Assembly: GCF_009914755.1 (NCBI RefSeq)
Contig: NC_060925.1
Length of the DNA stretch: 64,000 nucleotides
Reading direction: 5' to 3' (one strand)
Origin: the human T2T-CHM13v2.0 reference genome, Homo sapiens
Under the pieces are notes generated by a model. That model was given only the letters and a program-made list of their open reading frames with translations. It ran no database searches and was not told the DNA's origin. Shown here in pieces: positions 28,926 to 41,588 of the stretch (its first letter is position 1; every line of letters starts with the position of its first letter). Both the position numbers and the translations under genes were made by a program.

Positions 28926-30404
28926 CTCAGCAATCATAGCGGTGGGGGTTATTGACACCAGAGGGTCATCTGAATTGTGTGGTGGAAAGAGTGACCGGCT
29001 TAGCCGAAAGAAGATGTGATCATTTTTTAGGAACTAAGGCTCATGGGCGATGCAACAAAAAACTCGACTTGAACTGACTTTGGGGGAGGAAGAGATTTGG
29101 GGGCTGGAGTTGCTGAAAAGTCTTGAGATGTGCTGGCCTGTGTTCCATCAGTTGCATCGAGGCTTTGTGTCTTCTCCCCTCAGCCCTGCTCCTCGCACCA
29201 GCTCCCTTCTCCTTCTCCATGTGCTGGCAAGAGATGGCTTCCAGGAGCACTAGATTTCATTCTCCCAGGTTCGAGTTCAGCAGGAAAGAGCACCCCTGCC
29301 TCCAAGTGACTCCAACCAAAGCCTAGTGATTAGCACTGATTGGCTCTGGTGGAGCCATGGGTCTCTCTCTGAGCCAGTCGATGTGGCCCAAAGAATGCGG
29401 CTTGGCCAGCCTGAGTGACAAGCTCCACCCCTGGACTGAGTTGGAGAGGTGGCTGGATTGCTAAAGAAAACTTGGAAACTCTTATCAAAAGAGCTAGTGC
29501 ACCAGAGTTGTGTCCAGCTCAGCCTCCCATGAGCCACGTGGCCGTGAGCAGATCATGTAGCACCTCTCAGTCCAGCAGGGATGGTGGCACATGCCCAACT
29601 TCCTTCAGAGCTATGGAGGGGAGCAGATGGGCAGGAAAGGCTACAGAGCACATCAGTCACTCTAGAGATGCCTCAATGACTGTTTGCTGCCATTGTCATC
29701 TGATGGGCTTGATTCACTGCCTAATGGGGCACAGTTCTGAGCAGGCACACCAGCTCTGGGAGCAGAAGTGGGGCGCACGTGCTTGGAGAGGATGGAAGAG
29801 ACAGGGGAGGGCAGCAGGCCTGGCTTCCAGCCATCCAGGAGGACATGGCCAGTCTAGGCTGCAGGCAAGACCTCTTTGAGGCTGGTGAGGAGGCCATGTG
29901 CCTATGGATTTAGCTCCTGGGAGGGACAGGAGGCCAGAGGTATGGTGACTGCAGCCCTCTGAGACCTGATTGCCCAGCATCTGTGCTGTTCCACCCTCTG
30001 TCTCTGCTGGGCCAGGGCTGCATGCCCTGAGGAGGACCTTTGCCCTACAGGAGTTCCCTGTGCCCCTGCGAAAGGCCCATGGCTTCTTGTCCCAGGGGTG
30101 GTCGGAGCAACTCTTGCAGCATTGCTAATAAATCAAAAATTAGTTCAAGGTGAGAGCAGGAGACAAACAGGACAGGACACCAACCAACAATCTCATCCAA
30201 GCTCAGGCTCTGCCAACTGCAGGACGCCAGCAGCCTGCATCCCTGACAGGTCCCTGGCAAGAGAGAGAAGGATGGTTGGACGCTGAACAGTCCAGCTGAC
30301 ACTCGCAGCCCCAGATTCCACCCTGGTGGGGGCACCGGCCATCATGGTGTCTCCTAGATTTTGTGGTCCCAAAGAGAGATGGCCCCCAGCATCCCGATCT
30401 CTTG

Positions 30405-31150
30405 CACAACTCCTTATGGATCAGCCATCCGGGAACTAATGTCACCCATTTTAGAAAAAGCTCTTTATATTTTTCAGCCCATGTCGCCTTGCAATAATGA
30501 GTCTCATACGTTGACTGCCCGCTGTGTAGTTTGATTGTGCTAAAATTACCTCCCTGAGCTCCAGAGTGGGGGAACCCGTATTCTTAGCTTTCATGGATCT
30601 AGAGTTAGAAGCAACTTTCACCTCTTCTCCCCTTTCTGAAGACTCGAATCACATTTCCTCTCCACTGTTATCTTTCTGGACCGGAAAGCCCTTATCTTCA
30701 TTTTCCTGGAGCTGCCTGCCCCTCCTCAGTTGGTGCTCCCTCACCCCTGCACTCCCTAGTTCAGACCCAGCTCTGCAGCAAGGACGCCTCGGCCATTCTG
30801 TCTCCAGTTCCCAGGTCCTGCCCTCCTCTCCAGGCTGGGCCCTTTCTGGTCCCTGCAACAACTGTGGACCAGTGGCTTCTGTGGATCCTGGGAGGTCCTC
30901 TCTCGGGGGGCCTGGCAGTGGCAGCTCGAGCTGCCAGCCTCCGTTGCCAATTTGCTTTACTCATCCTGAGCCTCTCGCCCTGCACGTCACTGCCCTGGGA
31001 TACATCTGTAGCTCCCATACCCTCTGACACTGGCTCTTTTTCGTTACTCATTAAAATTTAGTGTCATCTGCAAACGTGGAGATTTTATCGGACATGTCTT
31101 CCCCCGGGTCATTTATAATGATTTTAAATAAGGCCAGCCCGGGCCCCCAC
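30405..31150 (-). mobile_element. Ancient CR1/L3 LINE 3' fragment
   Basis: Minus-strand 31143-31051 translates PGLALFKIIINDPGEDMSDKISTFADDTKF*, a CR1-type RT core. The low-coordinate end resembles the L3/CR1 3' terminus (ACACAGCGGGCAGTCAAC...GGCTGAAAAATATAAA...GATCCATAAGGAGTT). Confidence 0.8.
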
Positions 31151-33030
31151 GCATACGTGCTGTTGGGCAGCCAGGTCTTGCTGCGCAATGAAAAGTCCTC
31201 CCCTCCCGGGCAGCGCCCCTCCAGGATGGCTTGACCCCCCTCTCAGCCTTTGGGTGGGACTGTTTCAGAGGCCTCTGGAAAGTGCAGGCAGACGGGACCC
31301 TCTGTCCCCTCTTGAGGTACATGCATCTTTATCTGCTCAGCGAGAGTGGAGAACTCCCTTCATCCAGCATTCTCTGGGTGTCTAGGATGTGCCCAGGATT
31401 GTGTCAGGCATGATCTCCCACCATAAATGTGTTTTTCCTACACTACCTTTGGGCTAAAGGAGGCAGGGCAAGCCAGCCCCTGAGCCGGCATGGTTCCCGG
31501 AACCCCGCACCAGGTGGAAATTGTTTAACTATATTCCCATGACTGGAAAATTCTGGTAATTGTGTAACAGCAGCAGCACTCAGCAATTACCCAGGGTTTT
31601 TCATCTTCAGACCACTTTACCCACATTAACTAATTAAGTCTCCCAGCCTCCCTCCAAAGCAGGGAAGGGCTGCCGGCCTGACTCCTGCTGGCGCACAGGC
31701 TTGCGTAATGAGGGCAGCCATGGGAAGGTGCTGCAGGGCCCCCAAGGGCAGCCTACCTCTGCCCTCGCCTGTAGGCCCTCTGAAGCCCTTGCCAGCCATC
31801 GCTCAGAATCCTCCAGCCCTGCTGAGCACTGACAAGGAAGTGGGGAGGTGTTCTGTGTGCCTGCCACACTCGGCCGCAGTGGGAGATCCCTGGGCCCAGC
31901 ACAGATTGCAGGACCAAGCCCCCAGAAGAGCACAGTTGACTACTGACCCTGCCTATTACTGGGGCACCAGGGCCCCTCTTTCAGTTCCTACTCCCTCCCT
32001 TCTGTTTTTGCTTATCCTTTAATAGCTGCCAACTTTGGGGACCTAGATCTGTACCCCAGTTACCGGGTGCTCAGCTCCAGGGTCCCTGAAGGCTGTTCCC
32101 CACTCCCCTGCACACCCCACAGAGGGTGTTCTAACTACTGTGGGCCCTTGATGTGGAGACAGGGACATCTGCAGCCTCGGTCCTGCCCTGAGGAGCTTAC
32201 AGACCAGCCAGGAGCCTTCCAGCCACATCCTTGGTCCTCCCAGCTCCCCACACCTCACATGACCCAACCGGGCTCCCTGGACCTACTTTTGCTCTGGCAT
32301 AGACATGAACTGGGCTGCTGCCACCCGGGGCACTGAGGCTGAGTGCACAGCCCTCCCATGAAACATCCAGTGAGCCCCACAGAGCCCTGGGGCAGTGGTC
32401 TGGAGGTGTGAGATCATGACTTCAAGCAGGGCTGGCACCCAGAGACTCAGCCCTCAAAGGCACTCTCCTTTCTGTAAACAGGGATAGCAATACCACTTGC
32501 ACCTGTGGGTTGTAGAACTTGAATGTGGAGCCCGAGACACAGCTGACACTCAGAAAGCAAACTGTGAAAACAGAAATGCCCACTGGGAGGTATGTGCTGT
32601 GGGTCCAGGCATGCTCCCACCCCTGAGTGGCCGTGGAATGCCACAGTACTATGCATTGGAGCCATCAGAGGCAGGGAAGAGAGACCCAAGGAGACAGCAG
32701 CCTGCAGGGGCCGGCAGATCCTGGGAGACCTGAGCAGCAGGCGCCCGCGTGCCCTGGCCCTTCTCAGGGAGCATCCTTCTTGTGCTTCCGTCCATCCTCC
32801 AGGCCTCTCTGATCCTCCCCCTGCCTCCTGGCTACCCTCAGTGGGTGACAGTGGGGATAGAACCCAAGCCTGCCAAGGCCTTCATGATCAGCCTCCTTTC
32901 TAGTGGAACCATCGTCCCACCTCACACTGCTACCCAGAGCAGAGAGGACAGGGGCCCAGCTACCTGGGGCAGCCAGAAGGTGGGTGAGAGGATTTTGCTC
33001 AGTCCTGCAGCCTAGTGACACCACAGCCCT

Positions 33031-33079
33031 GTGCCACCCAGTGTCGCCCAGTGTCGCCCAGTGCCGCCCAGTGCCGCCC
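33031..33079. repeat. 10-bp tandem repeat GTGYCRCCCA x5
   Basis: Direct inspection. Confidence 0.9.
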
Positions 33080-34959
33080 TCTATCCCGTCCCTAATAAAC
33101 CCTGCCCTTCTCCCTCCCAGCCTTGCACACCCGTTTCACAGGCTCCTACCCTCGTTGTTCATTAAGCATCCAGGTGCAGGGAAGGCTGTGCCTCTGATGA
33201 TGAGGCTTATGGGACATTCGGAATATGTATAAATGGTGCTAATATGACAAATGCAAAGATCGAAGGAGCTTGTGACGCAGGCAATGCTGCTTCCTCGCCC
33301 GTCTCCCTCCTATCCGGCTGGCGGCAGGCAGGCCCGCCCCCCGCGCCCCCAGCGGCAAGTGGGGAGGTGTGTGGCACTATTACATGCTATTATGACTTTC
33401 TGGGTAATGTATACATTTTCACTATCACACGGCCTCTCTCCTTCATTTTTCATGAGAACTGGCACGAGATTAATGACTGAGCCCCAGAAGAAACGGAACG
33501 CCATGCCACTCTGATTTATTGACCACTTAGCGTTGATGAAGCTGCAAACAAGAGTCAAACAGATGTTGCAGCTGCATTTTTCTTTATCAAAACCAACAGC
33601 TTTTTGCATTTTTAACCACTTCTTGCATCACCACCCTGCTTACTCCACAGAAAGGGGTCCTGGCTCCAGGCCTCCTCCTCCTCAGCGGAGATGGAGGAGC
33701 CGAGGCCAGGGCGGTGGGACCCTGCTGCCTGACACCCATTGGCCCAGGATCCACCCCTGGAAGCGGCCAGGAAAAGGATGTGAGATCCCCAAGGCTCTTG
33801 CTGTGGGTGACTTGAGTCCCCTCCGTGGGTCTCTGGGGAAGAGCTCACTGCTGCATCCTCAACCAACTCCAAGGGCTGATTGCGCACGCCCAGGCGTGGG
33901 CTCAGCATGCGGGAGGTGCAGAGCTCAGCTCCCCTCTGCAGCCTGGAGCACCTCCCCCACCTCCGCCTCATGCCCATTTACTAGCCAGTGTAAGTGACCT
34001 TACACATGAGCGCTGCTGGGGGCCAGGCCCGTCCTGAGCCCTCTGCCTGCCTCACCCCCTCCTGGCAAGGTTCAGGCTAGCACTAAAGGGCCTGCTTAAC
34101 ACAGAGCAGGCATTCTCTGCAGAATGTTCTTAGCCTCTCCTGTGCTTTTGGAGGAAAGGCCCTCAGCTTGTCCCCCGTCCTCTCTTTGTCCCTGCAGTTT
34201 GGGTGAAAGGTGCCATCTAGAAAAGGTTCTCAAAGAGATTGACTCTACCTCAGGCTCCCGGGAGATGCCCTTCCACCACCTTCAGCCTGAGAGTCCTGTG
34301 CCTGGCAGGGCCCTGGGAGTCTGGAACTGGGGAGGTCAGCAGCTCCAAATGCATTTCCAGGAGGCACAGCTGGGTTAAGGGACAAGCTGAACTTCCCTCA
34401 GAGAGGAAGAGCTGCAGAGGGGCAGAGAGCTCGTGGACCCCCCCAGATGCCACCCCTCCTGGGCCCCTTCTGGGGGAGTGGACCCCCTCCTCTTCCAGCC
34501 CATGCCTGGGATGGACACCGACTCCTTCCCCGCACCCTAGTCTCTGTCTGTCCCTCTAGAAGACATGCCTGGGGGTTCTCCAGGATTGGTCCTGAGACAC
34601 TGAGTCTCCGGAGAGGAGACAGCCACCCCTGCACCAGCTCCCCCAGCCAAGGCCAGGTGCCCCCTAGCAGGCTTGTTGGCCCGTGTGCTGGAGCAGCTTG
34701 GCGGCACCCCGCTATGCCCCCGGTTTTCAGTAAGTAGGATGGAGCCCCTGCCATGTGGCTGCCCCGCAGACAGAGTCCCAGCCATCCGGAGCTCACATTG
34801 TGGCCAGGAAAACAGGCCAAACCCGAGTAGTAATTGAGCGGAAACTGAGAGATTAGTGCTGCAAAGACAGCGAGGCGGGAACCAGGCAAGGTGGGCACTG
34901 TTGTCAACGGGGTTGCTGAATGAGGTTTCCACAAGAAAGTGACCTGGGACCAATGTGGC

Positions 34960-35700
34960 ATGGAGCGTGGCAGCCAGAGACCACAGCCCAGGGAGAGAAG
35001 CGGCAGATCTGGGGAATGGGGTGGCGGGAGCCAGGTGCATGAGGCAGGCAGCGGCCAGCAAGAAGCACAGGTGGCCCGGCCTGGAACCGTGGCAGGAGTG
35101 TGGGCCTGATCTCAGTGCCAAGGAGCCGTCCGGAACAGCCCAACCACGCCTGCTGCTGTTTGAAGGGTGGGTTGGGGAAGGGAGGAGCAGACGTGAGGAC
35201 ACCCGGGAGGAGGGCACACTCCCACGTGCGCAGGAGAGCAGGTGGAGGATCAGACTTGGTCATTGCAGGCAGGGGGTATATGGGAGGATTAGGCTTCCTG
35301 GGGTGGGAGAAATGGCAGAACTGGGTGATCGACTGGCCGTTGAGGGAGAGGGAGGGAAAATGAGAGGATGACTCCTGGGTTCCAGACCTGGGCAGCTGTG
35401 GGAAGCCTGGAGGGGCCAAGGGTGCTGAGCAGGAGGTCGGGAGGCGAGGTCGGCCATGGGAAGTCATGGGGATTTTGAGGCCTTCGAGGGGTGCCGTCAA
35501 CAGGCAGGTAGGCAAGAGAGGAGAGGTAGGCTGGAGAGGGAAATCTGGGTGTCCTGGGAATCTGGTGGGTGTGAGGTCAGGACACTGGATGAGGCCACTA
35601 AGGAGGGAGAGAGGGAAAGAGGGAGAAAGAGAGCGAGAGAGAGGGAGGCCAGAGCCCCAGGCTGGACGCTGGTGGAGGAAGGGCCTCTGTACACAGCAAG
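34960..35700 (-). mobile_element. Degenerate L2 fragment
   Basis: Purine-rich antisense L2 motifs such as GAGGATGACTCCTGGGTTCCAGACCTGGGCAGCTG and GAGAGGTAGGCTGGAGAGGGAAATCTGGGTGTC. Confidence 0.5.
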
Positions 35701-36360
35701 AGGAGAGCTGGGACAGGCTGGGGCTGCCGGAGGAGGAAGGGGGCTCTAAGCAGCAGAAGTGCCCGCTGGAGGCTTAACTCTGCTCACCCTCTCAGGAAGC
35801 ACGTCAGGGCTTTTTTCTGTCTGGGTTTGGTTTTGGTGGTGGTTGGTGGTGGTAGAGCGGGGCCTCTGTCTCTCCTGACGACATTCCAGCTGTTCCGAGG
35901 CCTGACCCTGCTCCCTGCAGCAGCCCCAGTGAGAAAGAGGCGCAGCTTCCATGCTTATGGGTGAGGAGCCTGAGGCACCAAGAGGGAGGAGGGATCCCCT
36001 CGTCCACGGCTCTTCCAGAAGGCTGTGGAACTTCTCTGAGACTTTTACTTATCCTTGGCTTCCTCTACCACCACCACAGTCACAGACCATGCCACGGGGC
36101 TCTCTCTCCCCAGCCTTTGGCACTGACCAGGCCTCCAGGAAAGCAAGGGCTCATCTCCAAAGGTCACGATCACTTTGGGGGGTGACCCCTAGCATCTCTC
36201 ATGAAAACTCCATAGCCCAGGGAGGGGCTTCTGCACAAGCTCTTCTTCCCTCCCTGAACCCACAGGGCCTGACAGGGTGGTGAACCCCACGGAAACATCA
36301 GGGCAGCCTGGGCAAGACAAAGGCAGCTTCACTCCACAACTGTCCAGAATCAAGGATCCG

Positions 36361-36786
<426 letters not shown>

Positions 36787-37441
36787 TCAGCAAGGACTCT
36801 GACACCGTTATGAGCACTCCATGAAACTGATACATTAGGACTCCAAGCTAATATATTTTTCTGCCAAAAACACCCAATAAAATGTACAACTAATGAATAA
36901 AATTGCAACATTGCCAAGAAGCGATGTGTGCCCCAAATTTCCAAAATACCTCCATCAGCCCATGTCTGAAAACCAGCCCCACGCCAGGAAATCGTTACTA
37001 CTCAACTCTGGGCATTCCAGGTGCAAGAGCTCCAGGCCCTGGGATGGAAACCGGGAAGCTGCCTGCTCCTGCATCTCCTGAGCCTCCACTTGGTCTCCTG
37101 GAACTGCCAGGGGCTGGGACACTCTGCTAATTGTATCAAAACAAGGGAGAAAGGCAAGGCCCAGCATGGAGGCTCCCGGGAAGGGACCCCCCACCCCCGG
37201 TGTTGGGCAGGTGCCCTGAGTTGAAAGGGGTAGATCTGGATGCTACAATCCCTACATTTGTAGTTACTGAAGTGGGATCCACTGACCACTGGATCTGTGA
37301 GCCCTTGAACTGAAGTGTTGATATGCCTTGGGGTATGTTGGAGGATGGGGTGGGTATCCACTGCCTGCGTCAGGCTCTCAAAGAGATCTCATACCCAGAA
37401 AAGATGAAGAACCAGCCTTGCATTGTATCTTACCTTCCTAG

Positions 37442-37866
<425 letters not shown>

Positions 37867-39393
37867 CTACAAACCTGAAATAAGCACCGGTGATTGTTGG
37901 ACTGTCGTAGCTGCAGGGCATTGTCCCTGAGGTTGAGGAAATAAAGTTGATGTTCAGACAATTAAAACACAAAGCCAAATGCCACCCTACTATGGTAGAG
38001 GCAGAGAGGGAATCAGGGAAGGCTTCCTGGAAGAGGAGGGGATCCTGGCATCTGACCTCAAAGAATAGGTGGAGGCTGGTTATGCAGATGGAGGCTGAGG
38101 CCTGCAGGCAGAGCTTCCTGAGATAGCAGCTTTTGGGGTGCTCTCATGCAGGAACTCCACGGTTTGGGTTCATGGTGAGAGAGGGCCTTTGCCCCACAAG
38201 ACCCTGTCTGCCTGCCCGCCACCTTGGCCTCCCACGGGTCCCAGGCTGGCCCAGGCTGTGCCCAGCACGACTGTGGGGCAGGATGCGGCAGTCCTTTCCT
38301 CTCCCAGGCGTCTGGCATCTCCGCTCCCTCCTGCAGGGCCGGGCTTCTGCTCCAGGGCCAGGATCAGAGGCAGCCCTGGGCGGCCTGCTGGCCCCTGCAG
38401 TCCTTTGATCTTTACTCATCTTGCTCAGCAGCTGGCATTGCTGCCTGGCCGTGCCCAGGCACAGGCAGGAGCCCTCAGCCCAGACGCGGTCCCTGGGAGG
38501 CCACTATGTTGGTCTGTAGGAAGAACACGGGGCAAGGACACAGTGAATCACCCCGTCTCTCCGCCGTTACCCCCTCCATGCAAAGGGCATAGCAGATCTA
38601 CCCGACCCACCTCTTGGGCATACTGCAAGAATGAAGTGAAATGGAGATGAGACAGTACTTAGGCCAAGCAAAAAGAGAGGCCAGCAGATGTCCTGGCAGG
38701 ACCCGAACCTGGAGTCAGAGCCCCAGCTTCCAGCTCAGGCTGTGCCCTGCTGGCACATAGCTTTGGGCAATCACAACTTCTTAGTGCTACAGGCACCTCT
38801 CTATAGACAGAGGGCACCCTGCCCTGCCCTACCCTGCCCAGCCCGCCTCCTTGGCTAGCAGGGGCACCGAATAAGATAATGGCTGGAAAGTGCTTTGAAA
38901 AGAATAAAGTGCTGCGCTTATGTCAGGGATTATCGTGATTATTAAGGAGCATGATTACCGCAATCCAGAAAAGCCGCCATTAAGGAGAAGGCTCCTGTTC
39001 GTGTTGATTGAGTTTCCTGGTTAACTGAGCGTTGGCAGGAAAAAATCTGTTTAATTATGCCAGTCTCCTTTCTTACATTGGTCATGGTGTGGTCTTGAGT
39101 CTTTATTTATTCATGGATTGATTGATTCATATATTCATGTATGACTCTTTCCCTGACAACATTCAAAAAAGCAGTTGCAGACCCAGCTCTCTCCTGCCTG
39201 GGGTCCTGCCTGTCCCAGGACTCATGGTTGAGTCTCAGTCTATCAGCTGGGGAAAGCAGAGGGGAAAGCAGCTTTCCTCTATCAGGAGGAAAAGCACAGG
39301 ATGAGGCCTCCCACGTGGCTTTTTCCATTGTTCCCTGCAGCGTCTGATATCCTGCCATGTTTCCTTAGGAGAATGCAAGAAAAAAATGGTTCA

Positions 39394-39693
<300 letters not shown>

Positions 39694-40002
39694 TCAAGAA
39701 ATACCCTCTGATTGAGATGGGAGGGTTTAGCTAGGCTTTTCTGGCTTATCCAGATGCATCTAGAAAGTGACAGGATTGCTTTTTCTTTAACAAACTTGTC
39801 AGTATTGTCGTGGCCAGATAAGCAGCGCTGCCTTCTGGGGGGACCATGAGAAAGCCACCGAAGGCCCCATGCTCATCCCAGGGACACTGCTGCCTTACAC
39901 AGGCCCCTGGGCATGTCCTATCTGAGCTCGGGGGGCAGAAAGCGACAGAGGACATTCTTAATAAGATGTGATGAGAAGGCGCTGACTGTTAAATGGAACT
40001 GA

Positions 40003-40313
<311 letters not shown>

Positions 40314-40525
40314 CAAACTGGTCCTTTTAGGTCTTCAGACTGAGAGATCTTTCCCAGAATACCTGTGGGCAGCTGGTGCCCAGAAGTTTGGGAAACTCCG
40401 CCCCAGAAACCAACAAGAAAGAGTGGACGAGCTGGATGGGGTGACAGAAGAGCTCTTCCAGGGAGGAGTTTCCAGAGATTCTGGGCACCAACTGCCCCCT
40501 GGGTATTGCTTAGATGGAAAGTGCC

Positions 40526-40821
40526 AGCTGGGTGCGGTGGCTCACGCCTGTCATCGCAGCAGTTTGGGAGGCTGAGGTGGGCGGATTGCTTGAACCCAGG
40601 AGTTCAAGACCAGCCTGGCCAATATAGTGAGACCCCATCTCTACAAAAAATACAAAAATTAGCCAGGCATGGTGGTGTGTGCCTGTAGTCCCAGCCTCAG
40701 GAGGCTGAAGTGGGAGGATCACTTGAGCTCAGGATGCAGAGGTTGCAGTGAACTGAGATCACACCACTGCACTCCAACCTGGACGATGGAGTGAGACTCT
40801 GTCTAAAGAAAAAAAAAAAAA
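40526..40821 (+). mobile_element. Alu (AluJ-like)
   Basis: Full Alu with GGAGGATCACTTGAGC; TSD AAAGTGC. Confidence 0.95.
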
Positions 40822-41115
40822 GTGCTTCATTGCAGGGCTGTTTGTCAGGGGAGAAGACCACGGCTGAAGGCAGAGGGGCTCCAGCCCTCAGCAGGAGGAG
40901 CCTTAAGCCCTGGGAGCTCCTTTTCCCCTTGGGGAGAAGCGGGTGACCATGCCTGTGTTGGGGGCATCCCGCAAGCTGTGAGGGGGCAACGCGTGTTGGG
41001 CGTGAAGGAGGGAGAGGGCAGTGGCTGTGGTGCGAGGTCAGGGATGTTGGGCTGGAGGGAATTTGACCTCATGCCCGTGGTTCCCAGTTACACACATATC
41101 AGCTTATGTGTAGGT

Positions 41116-41328
41116 CAGAGTTTCTCAACCAGGGGTGATCTTGCCCCCTAGGGGACACTGGGCAATGTCTGAAGACTTCTCCAGGGGTCACAGCCGGAGG
41201 GGGAGGGGCCTAATGACATCTAGTGGGTAGAGGCCAGCGAGTCTGCTAATATCCCACATGCGCCGGACAGCCCCCACCACAGAACCATCTGGCTGCAACC
41301 GTCAGCAGTGTGAGGTCAAGAGAGCCGG
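41116..41328 (+). mobile_element. MER20 DNA transposon
   Basis: TTCTCAACCAGGGGTGATCTTGCCCCCTAGGGGACACTGGGCAATGTCTG...CATCTAGTGGGTAGAGGCCAG. Confidence 0.85.
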
Positions 41329-41434
41329 GTGTCTGGGGCCTCAGTCTCTGCCTGCACCTGCGGGGTTGGGGGCGGCCCTGACCCTGGTGGGCTCCATGCC
41401 ACCCTCATGCTGCCAGTCTCTGCTCTCCCCACAG

Positions 41435-41588
41435 AACCCCGACATCGTCCTGGTGCACTACCTGAACGTGCCGGCCATCGAGGACTGCGGCAAGCCTTGC
41501 GGCCCCATCCTCTGCTCCATCAACACCGACAAGAAGGAGTGGGCGAAATGGACGAAAGAAGAGCTCATCGGGCAGCTGAAACCCATGT
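41435..41588 (+). CDS. CAMTA1: CAMTA1 internal coding exon (exon 7; end of CG-1 DNA-binding domain), 154 nt, phase 0 to phase 1
   Basis: Acceptor TCTCTGCTCTCCCCACAG|AAC; translates NPDIVLVHYLNVPAIEDCGKPCGPILCSINTDKKEWAKWTKEELIGQLKPM, recognised as CAMTA1; donor ATGT|GTGAGT. Confidence 0.97.

Noticed and set aside
28975-29440. Possible ancient LTR (LTR33/LTR16/MLT1-like)
   Set aside because: Some motifs look LTR-like, but I cannot set family or boundaries without an alignment.
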